Virus record (IMG/VR): IMGVR_UViG_3300028581_003812
Location: 1 to 59,269 of that record
Source: a virus
Lineage: Duplodnaviria > Caudoviricetes
Length of the DNA stretch: 59,269 nucleotides
Reading direction: 5' to 3' (one strand)
Part shown: piece after piece, positions 8,512 to 16,934 of the stretch
How positions within the stretch are numbered: the first letter of the stretch is position 1
Layout: each line of letters opens with the position of its first letter
Notes under the pieces: model-generated
What the model was told of the DNA's origin: nothing
Databases searched by the model: none
The model's input: only the letters and a program-made list of their open reading frames with translations
Program-made: the position numbers and the translations under genes

Positions 8512-8888
8512 TGAGCAGAAATAAACTAAGAACAGCTGGTTACTTCATTAAGCGATTGCGCGATAACGGTTTCATTGTTATCAAACTCTTTGGTGTGTAT
8601 GCAAAGGATGACCCCCGTATTTGGACCATCATGGTCAATCCAAGTGAAGCTTCCATGTTAATCACATGTTACTTTAATAAAGAAAATATAAATGAAATTC
8701 TCTTTGAAATACATGATGGTGGCAAGAGGGTGCCAAAGAATTTTTTCATAAGAACTGATAGCATAGAGGTGATAATAGATTACTTGTTAAAACATGGTGT
8801 TACCAACAACATATATTATCACGGCCGTGATAGATACATGTCCAAAAGATTAAATATTTATGATGAAAGACAAGAAACCTCAAAATAA
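8511..8888 (+). CDS. Hypothetical protein
   Basis: 125-aa ORF translationally coupled to the clamp gene. Confidence 0.6.
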   Translation: MSRNKLRTAGYFIKRLRDNGFIVIKLFGVYAKDDPRIWTIMVNPSEASMLITCYFNKENINEILFEIHDGGKRVPKNFFIRTDSIEVIIDYLLKHGVTNNIYYHGRDRYMSKRLNIYDERQETSK

Positions 8889-9183
8889 CAAAGAGAGCTT
8901 TGATCCCAATGCAAATAAGGATGTCAAAGAGCTCACGCACAAAGCACTTGTTTCATTTCTCAAAGATCAATTAAAAGATAAAGCTTCTAATAAAACTGAT
9001 TTGGATGTGCTCAGTGTACAGATCAGTGAGTTCTTAAATTCATTTATTTTGATTGGATACACTTTGCAAGGGGAGCCAGTATCTATGATATCAGCTCACA
9101 ATCAACAGGAAGCAGACAGCTTGGGGACACTGCTGAATAAGTTCATGTTCAACAGTAATAATAAAGATTTTCCTGGAGAATAA
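8863..9183 (+). CDS. Hypothetical protein
   Basis: ORF with TAAATA at 8851-8856; starts at ATG 8860 or 8863. Confidence 0.55.
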   Translation: MKDKKPQNNKESFDPNANKDVKELTHKALVSFLKDQLKDKASNKTDLDVLSVQISEFLNSFILIGYTLQGEPVSMISAHNQQEADSLGTLLNKFMFNSNNKDFPGE

Positions 9184-9207
9184 CTCTCCTTAGTATAAAC
9201 TATTGTA

Positions 9208-10101
9208 GTGACTAACATACTAATTCTTGGCAACGGGTACGTCGGCAAGCATCTCTACAATCATTTGTCAAAAAATAATAATTTGCATGTGTCCATAGTG
9301 GGCAAGAATGATGTAAATTATTTTGACCAAATAGCTTTAAAGAAATACATACGTGAAATGTACAATCTATTTCACAATGTTGCTGACGATTTTATTATTT
9401 TAAATTGTTCAGGGTTCACAGGCAGACCCAATGTTGATGAATGTGAAATTAAAAAAGAGTTATGCTTGAAATACAATACAGAGCTGCCTGTGTTCTTAAG
9501 CAATTTTTGCAAGAGAAACAAGTTGTGGCTCATAAATGTTTCCAGCGGCTGCATTTACAACGGTTATGAGAAAGATTTTACAGAACTGGATGTGCCTAAT
9601 TTTGGCATGTACAGTAATGCAAGCAGCTTTTATTCCAAGTGCAAACATTTGAATGAAATTTTAGTAAACAGCGATGTGACTACCAATTTAAGAATAAGAA
9701 TGCCATTTTGCTCTTATAATTCTGATAGAAATATAATTTGTAAAATTTTACAATATGACAATTTAATTAGTTATGATAACAGTTTAACCAGCTTAGAAGA
9801 CTTCAGTGTTTTTATTGAAACATTTATAAACAATCTGCATTACAGAAACAATCCTGGCATTTATAATGTAGTAAATCCAGGCAGAGTCAGTTCCAAACAA
9901 ATCGTGCAACTCCTTTCTTCTAATAATTTAATTAATAAGAATTGGAACTTTGTTGATTTAAAAGACATTAAAACAAAAGCAAATCGTTCCAATTGTGTGT
10001 TGTCAGATGCTAAAATAGCAGACATGGGGCTGCAGCTACCACCAGCAATGGCATCACTGGAATCAAGCATAAAGGAGTTGGCAAATGAACTTGGTAATTA
10101 A
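9208..10101 (+). CDS. NAD(P)-dependent nucleotide-sugar epimerase/reductase (RmlD-like, NDP-rhamnose 3,5-epimerase/4-reductase type)
   Basis: ILILGNGYVG Rossmann motif, GFTGRPNVDECE, SSGCIY, catalytic YSKCK and LRIRMP. Confidence 0.85.
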   Translation: MTNILILGNGYVGKHLYNHLSKNNNLHVSIVGKNDVNYFDQIALKKYIREMYNLFHNVADDFIILNCSGFTGRPNVDECEIKKELCLKYNTELPVFLSNFCKRNKLWLINVSSGCIYNGYEKDFTELDVPNFGMYSNASSFYSKCKHLNEILVNSDVTTNLRIRMPFCSYNSDRNIICKILQYDNLISYDNSLTSLEDFSVFIETFINNLHYRNNPGIYNVVNPGRVSSKQIVQLLSSNNLINKNWNFVDLKDIKTKANRSNCVLSDAKIADMGLQLPPAMASLESSIKELANELGN

Positions 10102-10459
10102 ATTAAAATTATTCTTAAAGAACTTTTTCGCAAAAAAACATCCCTGCGCACGGTATGTTTATGCCATAACTGGTGGTGTATTCTTGGGTGAGATGTTCAC
10201 CCTGATGGAAAAAAATAAATCTTCCAGAGAATATGTCTTCTTATCTTTACCTGATATGCATCATAGAACTGTTTCTTATGAAAAATTTAAATTTGGAATA
10301 GAGAATAAAATCATAGATATTGTCAAGAGAATACCCAAGGATGTGTACAACACGTGCAAAAAGCAATATGCGGCCAATTTAAAAGCAGTTAAAACCTCCT
10401 CTAGTGTTTCTATTGGCAAGATGATGAGCAGTGGAAAACCAGCTGAAAAGGATAAATAA
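10085..10459 (+). CDS. Hypothetical protein
   Basis: 124-aa ORF overlapping the end of the previous gene. Confidence 0.55.
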   Translation: MNLVIKLKLFLKNFFAKKHPCARYVYAITGGVFLGEMFTLMEKNKSSREYVFLSLPDMHHRTVSYEKFKFGIENKIIDIVKRIPKDVYNTCKKQYAANLKAVKTSSSVSIGKMMSSGKPAEKDK

Positions 10460-10463
10460 CATT

Positions 10464-10646
10464 ATGGACTTCATTGACCCCAAACCCATCACATCACCTA
10501 TCAGCGGTCACTTGGTAAGGCCTGTTCTGAAGACATACATCAGAGGAGACAAGGTAATTGTGGAAGCTGAGTACATTGACCCCGCTTCTGGTACGTTCAT
10601 CCGCAAGGGTGTAGTGTCTGCAGAAGACGTAAAAAAGAACAACTAG
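10464..10646 (+). CDS. Small hypothetical late protein
   Basis: TAAATA at 10453-10458 lies 5 nt before ATG 10464 (MDFIDPKPITSP...). Confidence 0.6.
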   Translation: MDFIDPKPITSPISGHLVRPVLKTYIRGDKVIVEAEYIDPASGTFIRKGVVSAEDVKKNN

Positions 10647-10683
10647 TTCTTGTTTTTTTATTTGGATCAGTTATAATAAGCAC

Positions 10684-11715
10684 GTGCTAGTACCGCAAGA
10701 ATACATACTGCAAAAATTTTATCAGTACGCTGGCTATCCAAAATTCAAGCGTCAAAGCAACACATACATGGCCGGTTGCCCCATATGCAGAGAAGGCAAA
10801 TCGTGGCTCAAGAAGAGAAGGTGCATATATGTTGTGGATGATAATATTGTCTGTTGTCACAATTGTGGGTGGTACAGCGACACAATCAAATGGATACAAG
10901 AGGCATCTGGTCTAACATTCAACGAGATACTACATGAATCCAGAGAGTTCGACATTCTACCTTTGGAACAATTGCAACAAACACATGAACTGCCCAGAAA
11001 AATTAACATGGAACGACTGCCTGTTGATTCAATCAACATTTTTGATGCCAATCAGGTGCAGTATTACAGAGACGACAAGACAGTTCAAGCCGCACTTGAA
11101 TTAATGAAGATGCGCAAGATGGATAAAGCGGTGAATCGACCAGATACATTGTGGGTGTCTCTGAAGGATAAAGTGCATAAAAATCGTATCATCATACCTT
11201 TCTATGATGCAAATAATGAAATCATATTCTATCAATCACGCTTAATTTTTGATAAAGATGCAAAGTTCTACCCCAAATATCTCAGCAAGATAAATGGCGA
11301 AAAATCGCTTTATAATATTAACAAAATATGCAACGACTTGGATTACATTTTTATTTTTGAAGGACCCATTGATGCATTTTTCGTAAAGAATGGCACAGCA
11401 GTAGCTGGTATTCAGGAAACTAGCAGCAACACCTTTTCAAAACTGCAGCAAGATCAATTGCAGTCATTTAAATTTTTTAAGAAGATTTGGGTATTGGACA
11501 GTCAGTGGAGAGACAAGGCAAGCAAAAGCAAAACAAAGAAGCTTATTCAGAGTGGTGAGTGTGTGTTCATCTGGCCTGAGGACATGGGCAAGCAATACAA
11601 AGATATCAATGATTATTGCATGGATAAAAACGTATGTAGCATTGACCCAAATTTTTTCATTAATAATAGTTTTGAAGAGATCAAAGCCAACTTGGCTTTA
11701 TCTGTCGTTCGATGA
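10684..11715 (+). CDS. DNA primase (T4 gp61-like)
   Basis: Zn finger CPIC...CHNCG, RIIIPFYD, FYQSR, TOPRIM FEGPIDAFF, VLD and KDIND. Promoter TTGTTT-N16-TATAAT at 10650-10677. Confidence 0.95.
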   Translation: MLVPQEYILQKFYQYAGYPKFKRQSNTYMAGCPICREGKSWLKKRRCIYVVDDNIVCCHNCGWYSDTIKWIQEASGLTFNEILHESREFDILPLEQLQQTHELPRKINMERLPVDSINIFDANQVQYYRDDKTVQAALELMKMRKMDKAVNRPDTLWVSLKDKVHKNRIIIPFYDANNEIIFYQSRLIFDKDAKFYPKYLSKINGEKSLYNINKICNDLDYIFIFEGPIDAFFVKNGTAVAGIQETSSNTFSKLQQDQLQSFKFFKKIWVLDSQWRDKASKSKTKKLIQSGECVFIWPEDMGKQYKDINDYCMDKNVCSIDPNFFINNSFEEIKANLALSVVR

Positions 11716-12111
11716 AATCAAATAACCCTTGAGTGATTCACTCAGGGAACTCAATTCTGCTGCAAGACGTGCAATCTTCTTTTTCTCACTGCGAGCAATG
11801 TCCTCAAAAATTGAATCACAAGGAGCAGCATGCAGCTGCACTTGCATGGAACCTTGATCTGTGCCATTCAAAAATTTTATAAATTCATCAATTCTACCCA
11901 CCCATTCTTGCAATTTTTGACCTTGTTCAGCTTTTACATTGTCAACAAGCTTCTCACGACCTGGACTTTGCACATCAAAATCTTCAGGCTTGGCAGTGTT
12001 CAGTGTCTGTGCCATGGCTTGTCTGTCTGTTTCAGGGGCAGCTACTGGTGCTGCTGCAGGCGCTTCATCAGCTTCTAATACCAGGCCAAAAGTACGTTCA
12101 AACAGATTCAT
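11698..12111 (-). CDS. Hypothetical late protein, possible head protein
   Basis: TATAAATA 5 nt upstream; N-terminal LFE/VLE motifs. Confidence 0.6.
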   Translation of the reverse strand: MNLFERTFGLVLEADEAPAAAPVAAPETDRQAMAQTLNTAKPEDFDVQSPGREKLVDNVKAEQGQKLQEWVGRIDEFIKFLNGTDQGSMQVQLHAAPCDSIFEDIARSEKKKIARLAAELSSLSESLKGYLISSNDR

Positions 12112-12143
12112 AATAATATTTATATCAAACCATAAATAATTTA
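12112..12143. promoter_or_regulatory. Back-to-back divergent late promoters
   Basis: TATTTA at 12117-12122 (minus-strand TAAATA) and TAAATA at 12133-12138, each 5 nt from a start codon. Confidence 0.75.
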
Positions 12144-12527
12144 GTGAAAAACAAGGTTTTGTTTGAGGATTTTACCAATTATTACAACAAATGGACATCT
12201 GGCATGGCTTCCAGGGAACTTGGCGCACAACGAGTTACCCTGAAGGATTTATTCGATAAAACAGTGGATCAACATCCCAATGATGTAAGAGTAGAAAAGC
12301 CCCATCCTTTCCCTCTGCCCAGTGTCATAGAGCAATTGGGGGAATTGTATCTCAATGCTGGCAACTCCAAAGCTTTGTTTCAATCTTCATTGACCAACCC
12401 TTTGATCAGTCAAAACAAAAATGCCAAATTGGCCGTGGAAATCATTGTAAAAAAATTGGACAATATTCTCAAAGAGCTTAACAGCATAATTGATGTGGCC
12501 AAGAAACCTGTTGCAAAGCGCTTGTGA
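12144..12527 (+). CDS. Hypothetical late protein
   Basis: GTG start 5 nt after TAAATA; N-terminal VLFED. Confidence 0.6.
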   Translation: MKNKVLFEDFTNYYNKWTSGMASRELGAQRVTLKDLFDKTVDQHPNDVRVEKPHPFPLPSVIEQLGELYLNAGNSKALFQSSLTNPLISQNKNAKLAVEIIVKKLDNILKELNSIIDVAKKPVAKRL

Positions 12528-12546
12528 AGCAACTATAATTTTCTTA

Positions 12547-12984
12547 ATGCTTAAGAAGTTGTTATCACAAATAACTACCCTGTTGGTTGTGTCCACTCTG
12601 AATGGATTTGCATTTGTATCATTTGGATCCACCTTCATCATTGGGTTTCTCACAGGCACAGTGGTGCAATTTGGCATATACTATGGGTTCATGAATTTAA
12701 TTGAACTGTACGCTGCATTGCAAAACAAAAAATTGGAGAATGAACGGTTGAGAGAATTTTCTTTGCAAAGCCTGGAGGTCACATGTCCATGCCACAGACA
12801 AATCAAAGAGATTATTCCTGTGAGATTGAACACTGACAATCGATACAAATGTACAGAATGCAGCAAAACAGTGAGCATATTGATCACACCAGAGACAGCC
12901 ATTGCCACAGAGCCCATCATCAACACAGACATCAGCTTGCTGAATAAAAATATTGCGGAGAGGTTATCAAATGCAAATACCTGA
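12547..12984 (+). CDS. Membrane protein with Zn-ribbon-like motif
   Basis: Two hydrophobic N-terminal segments and CPC...CTEC. Promoter TTGCAA-N17-TATAAT at 12511-12539 favours ATG 12547. Confidence 0.6.
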   Translation: MLKKLLSQITTLLVVSTLNGFAFVSFGSTFIIGFLTGTVVQFGIYYGFMNLIELYAALQNKKLENERLREFSLQSLEVTCPCHRQIKEIIPVRLNTDNRYKCTECSKTVSILITPETAIATEPIINTDISLLNKNIAERLSNANT

Positions 12985-13029
12985 TAGCATACAAAACATT
13001 ACAACAGATGTGCCTGCCACTCAACTTCA

Positions 13030-13431
13030 GTGCAAGCATCTCGGCCAAACATTGCTCTGGAAGAAGCAATTCTGTTGATCAAAAGGCCATTGGATTCCAT
13101 GGAGCTGTCCAGCTTTGAAACAGGATTAAATTTTTACAAAACAAATTTATCCAATGATAAACTGGTGGTTAAAAATGTACTGCATTTGCTCAGTGAATGC
13201 TTTTGCACTGGCATTAAAAACAATGCAGATCTTGCTGAAAACCACAATGACATCATTGCTGCAATCAAAACACATTTTGTAGATGGGGCAATATCAAATT
13301 TTGATGCCTTTTACAATGCTTTATTTCTATTGAACAAACAAAAGAATATCCTTGACGTTAAGGAATTTACCTTCATAATTCTAGGTTATGCAATCTCACT
13401 CATCAAAAGGTCATATAACAGTAGAAACTAA
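13030..13431 (+). CDS. Hypothetical protein (possibly frameshifted from ATG 12971)
   Basis: 133-aa ORF; see the finding on a possible frameshift. Confidence 0.5.
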   Translation: MQASRPNIALEEAILLIKRPLDSMELSSFETGLNFYKTNLSNDKLVVKNVLHLLSECFCTGIKNNADLAENHNDIIAAIKTHFVDGAISNFDAFYNALFLLNKQKNILDVKEFTFIILGYAISLIKRSYNSRN

Positions 13432-13693
13432 AACAAACAAACACAAACTCACGGTGGATGAATACACTCGATGGCTTTGTTTAATTGAAGGCTTGGACAT
13501 TGTGTCCAGGAAAGCTTCTCAATTCAAAATGGACTTGCAAAACAAAGATGTGGATTGGGTGAAGCCTCTGGCGTTTCAAAAATACATAGTGGAACGCTAT
13601 GAGTCCATGATTGAAGAAGTAAATACTAATGAGACGCTAGACACACCCAAGAAACAAAAATGCATTACATCATTGGAACCAGTTTTGTCGTAA
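13388..13693 (+). CDS. Hypothetical protein
   Basis: 101-aa ORF with TTGACG-N16-CATAAT at 13352-13379 upstream. Confidence 0.55.
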   Translation: MQSHSSKGHITVETKTNKHKLTVDEYTRWLCLIEGLDIVSRKASQFKMDLQNKDVDWVKPLAFQKYIVERYESMIEEVNTNETLDTPKKQKCITSLEPVLS

Positions 13694-13929
13694 ATCCTAA
13701 TCCTAAATTGGGCATCAGGGACAAACGCTTCATGCCTGGCCAAGCTTATTCTTTATTTAACATTAGAAAAGCTGGAGACAAGGTCACATATGTTTTTGTT
13801 GACCAAATGCGTCAAAAGACAGAAGTAGAATTTAATTCTTGCAGAGATGCTGATCAGTTTATTTGCAAATTAAAAAATGAAAGAATTCCTGATTACAGTA
13901 TTAGACCCGAAGAACCGGCTTTAACCTAA
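13660..13929 (+). CDS. Hypothetical protein
   Basis: 89-aa ORF continuing the plus-strand block. Confidence 0.55.
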   Translation: MHYIIGTSFVVNPNPKLGIRDKRFMPGQAYSLFNIRKAGDKVTYVFVDQMRQKTEVEFNSCRDADQFICKLKNERIPDYSIRPEEPALT

Positions 13930-14865
13930 AAGATATCCGTAAAATACACTTTGGTTATCTATAATATAGTTTTTGTTATCTGATGCACCAAAGCCTAAAG
14001 TGATTTTATCACCTGCATTTAAAGCGATTAATTGATGCCAATTTGTAGCAACTGCAGTCCCTCCTAAACTGGATGATATGTTGTGCATTAAACCAGGCAG
14101 AGCACCTTGTGAATCTCCAGATTTAGTAGTCTCAATATAACCTACACCATTAATCATAACCATAGGATACATATAATGAGTTGGCAAGGTGTCGAGTCTG
14201 AGCATACCGGAAAAACTATATACCCCTGCAACTGGTGCAGTGAACTCACTGTTTGCTGCATTGTAGTAGTTCCCATTGTTGAGAATTACACGAGGAAAAC
14301 TAATCTTAGGATAATTAGTAAGTTCGCCTAAATTTAAAATATTTAATGTTTGAGTCTCGGCTTTTACAGCAAAAGCGGGCTGAAAAGGTTTAGTAACTAC
14401 ACCAGATGAACTTATGGTCATTCTAGGCACCGCAGAATTAACTGCAAATTGTGTGTTGTTGGTACAGAAATGAAATGTACCAGTGTTACCTACATAATTT
14501 TTAACAATGATGCTGCCCATGACACTGCCTTTTTCCGTGAAATTAATTCTTGGCTCACTGAAATTGAAAGATGTGCCTCTCAATTCTAGCAAAGGAGCAT
14601 TTTTTGTGTTGAGATCAGAACCATCAGAACCCAGATAATCTTTATTTGCATCATCAGCCATAATGAAAGAAGCACTGGTTGCAGCAGTAATCAGATGTTG
14701 AAAAGAAGTTACACTATCATTTGAAGAATTAAAATACACTTTGGAGGTTTTTTGAAATATGGCGCTTACAGGTGCACCCAGGGTATTGGAACCGGTACTG
14801 TAGGGCAACAAGCTATTACCTGCAGGTGTTCCTTGTGTCAATTGAGATATGGTTACGTCTGCCAT
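13921..14865 (-). CDS. Virion fibre protein with C-terminal C1q/TNF-like domain (MADVTISQL family)
   Basis: C1q signature PAFAV...ISFPRVILNNGNYYN....FTAPVAGVYSF...LNAGDKI...SVFYGYLLG. Confidence 0.85.
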   Translation of the reverse strand: MADVTISQLTQGTPAGNSLLPYSTGSNTLGAPVSAIFQKTSKVYFNSSNDSVTSFQHLITAATSASFIMADDANKDYLGSDGSDLNTKNAPLLELRGTSFNFSEPRINFTEKGSVMGSIIVKNYVGNTGTFHFCTNNTQFAVNSAVPRMTISSSGVVTKPFQPAFAVKAETQTLNILNLGELTNYPKISFPRVILNNGNYYNAANSEFTAPVAGVYSFSGMLRLDTLPTHYMYPMVMINGVGYIETTKSGDSQGALPGLMHNISSSLGGTAVATNWHQLIALNAGDKITLGFGASDNKNYIIDNQSVFYGYLLG

Positions 14866-14877
14866 ACAGTAAAATAT

Positions 14878-15606
14878 TTATGAAGAATACCCTCCATAAA
14901 CATCCGAATAATCAGTCTTAGAATAATCAAAAATTTTCTTGGATGCTTCTCCTGCAGAATAATCATAAGGCTTGTCTGCCCCAGTGGCTGTATTGTTTTT
15001 GGTGTCTTCAAAAATTTGCAGATTCTGATTCTCTGGTGTTACACCAGGTTCAAAGGAGTATTCAAAACGCTTGGCTTTGATCAACCACACATAGTGTCCC
15101 ATCAATGGGTTGATCTGTGCTATGTCTTGGTCCAATCTTTGTGTTATCTCATATATGTTGCCGTTTCTAGCTCCAGGTCTATCACTGCCATACTCAGTTA
15201 ACTGGAACAGATCACCTGATTTGGGTTCTGCACCATAGCCAAACGTTTCATAGAACGCGCTTATGTGTATAAAAGATGTTACCTCATCATCTGATACCAA
15301 ACCAAACTTGCTCAGCATCAATGCATTCTCATTCAAATTGATGGCCATCACAATGTTTTGAGGTTGTGAATACACCTGGGTGGGCTGTTCACCATACAAC
15401 ATGTCTGCACTCAAAGTGGTGGTGTTGTTAACAATGTAACCCACTTGTTGACCATAGATATTGATCTGTTCTCTCCAGTAATTGGAATAATTGTTGCGTT
15501 CACAATCATTATTAGCTTTGGAAGTGTAACGAAAGCACAGATTGTCTTCAAATGTGAAAGGATATATCTTGGGTGCAGGATTCCCTGTATAATATGCCAT
15601 GCTCAT
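14878..15606 (-). CDS. Neck/head-completion protein (T4 gp14-like)
   Basis: EQINIYGQQVGYI, DMLYGE, LSKFGLVSDDEVT, EPKSGDL and KRFEYS. Confidence 0.8.
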   Translation of the reverse strand: MSMAYYTGNPAPKIYPFTFEDNLCFRYTSKANNDCERNNYSNYWREQINIYGQQVGYIVNNTTTLSADMLYGEQPTQVYSQPQNIVMAINLNENALMLSKFGLVSDDEVTSFIHISAFYETFGYGAEPKSGDLFQLTEYGSDRPGARNGNIYEITQRLDQDIAQINPLMGHYVWLIKAKRFEYSFEPGVTPENQNLQIFEDTKNNTATGADKPYDYSAGEASKKIFDYSKTDYSDVYGGYSS

Positions 15607-15923
15607 TTTTCCAGCACAACCTTTCCTATGGTTGGATCAAATCTGATTTGAATGCCAGTGTTGCCAAGCTTCTTGGGTGTGGTGGATGAATACTGCAAGT
15701 TGAATTCATTCTCCACTTGTTTCACATCAGCCTTGTTGAGCACAATTGTGCCTGAGTTCTTACGCAACAAGCTTTGAATCTTCTGATTGCCATGCACAGT
15801 CCTGTGGCTAACTGGAACAAACCGTGATTGAGAAGACTTTGTAGCACCTAAACCTTCATGACGCTTCTTAACAAAATTGCCTTTCTTATTGAACTTGCGC
15901 CAATGATGCTTAAAAGTGTTCAT
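15603..15923 (-). CDS. Basic hypothetical late protein
   Basis: 106 aa, K/R/H-rich, with TAAATA 5 nt upstream. Confidence 0.6.
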   Translation of the reverse strand: MNTFKHHWRKFNKKGNFVKKRHEGLGATKSSQSRFVPVSHRTVHGNQKIQSLLRKNSGTIVLNKADVKQVENEFNLQYSSTTPKKLGNTGIQIRFDPTIGKVVLEK

Positions 15924-15937
15924 ACAGATATTTAAGC

Positions 15938-15973
15938 AAAAAAAAGGCCTAATCTTAAATTAGGCCTTTTTTT
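15938..15973. terminator. Intrinsic (potentially bidirectional) terminator
   Basis: A8-GGCCTAAT-cttaa-ATTAGGCC-T7 hairpin just downstream of the minus-strand gene at 15988-16914. Confidence 0.9.
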
Positions 15974-15987
15974 ACTTTTTAAGTTAG

Positions 15988-16914
15988 TTATTTTAATCCA
16001 GCGAGGTAAGCACCCACTTTGCTTGTCTTGCTAGCAACCACATTGGCTTTGCCTTTGGGCGAGGTGGCTGCACCACCCTTGATGCCTGCACCTACCAGAG
16101 CATGGCCTCTTTCACCGTCATTGCCAACCTTGTCAGTCACTTTGGAATCACCAGCACCACTTGTCTTTAAAGAGTTTGTTGTGTCGCCAACCTTGTTATC
16201 CTTCTTCTGAAGGGATTGACCAGCCGAAGTGGGAAGTTCTTTCATGTCAGTGGCTTCTTTGGCAACTTCTTGATTGTCTTCCTCTTCATCTTCATCCTTG
16301 TCCTTGTGTTTCTTCTCTTCGTTCTGTTCAGAAGGAATGGTGAGCTCATCTTCACCAATGGATCCTTCATCATCACCAGCACCAGCACCTTCTTCACCAT
16401 CAGCATCTTCAACACCATTGTCCAAGGCTGCCATAATAACATCATGAAGTTTCTGAGCTACATCACGAGGCAAAGTAAAAGTTACATCTTCACCGCCAAC
16501 ATCTTCACCTGTATCTCCAGAGGGAAGACCAAGAGCTTCAGCATCATTAGCTTCCACATCCTCAGGTTGACCAGTCATTACATCTTCATATAATTTATCA
16601 AAAATAGATTTGCTCATAAAAGTATTTATTGTTTGTACTTGCGTTTTTTCAAGATTTTGTGAGAATTTTTTAGGTTCATAAAAATTATCTGCTTTTGCTT
16701 TCTCTGGATCAATCATGTCTTTGTTGAATCCATCAGCATTTTCTGGGCCTGATTTTTTGGGAACAAAAGCTTTGGGATCTGCTTTGGCTTCAATGGGCTT
16801 CTTGTCTGTGGCTGTCTTGAAAGTGCCTTTGGGTGCAAATGTGTAATGCTTGCCTTCCACAATGGCCTTGTCATACACATCACCAATATTGAGTAGCGAT
16901 CTTGCAACGTTCAT
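15988..16914 (-). CDS. Acidic, low-complexity late protein; probable prohead core/internal protein with a nested second start at 16617
   Basis: D/E-rich middle. TAAATA precedes both ATG 16914 and ATG 16617, and a strong terminator follows. Confidence 0.6.
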   Translation of the reverse strand: MNVARSLLNIGDVYDKAIVEGKHYTFAPKGTFKTATDKKPIEAKADPKAFVPKKSGPENADGFNKDMIDPEKAKADNFYEPKKFSQNLEKTQVQTINTFMSKSIFDKLYEDVMTGQPEDVEANDAEALGLPSGDTGEDVGGEDVTFTLPRDVAQKLHDVIMAALDNGVEDADGEEGAGAGDDEGSIGEDELTIPSEQNEEKKHKDKDEDEEEDNQEVAKEATDMKELPTSAGQSLQKKDNKVGDTTNSLKTSGAGDSKVTDKVGNDGERGHALVGAGIKGGAATSPKGKANVVASKTSKVGAYLAGLK

Positions 16915-16934
16915 ATTAAGTATTTAATAGATGT

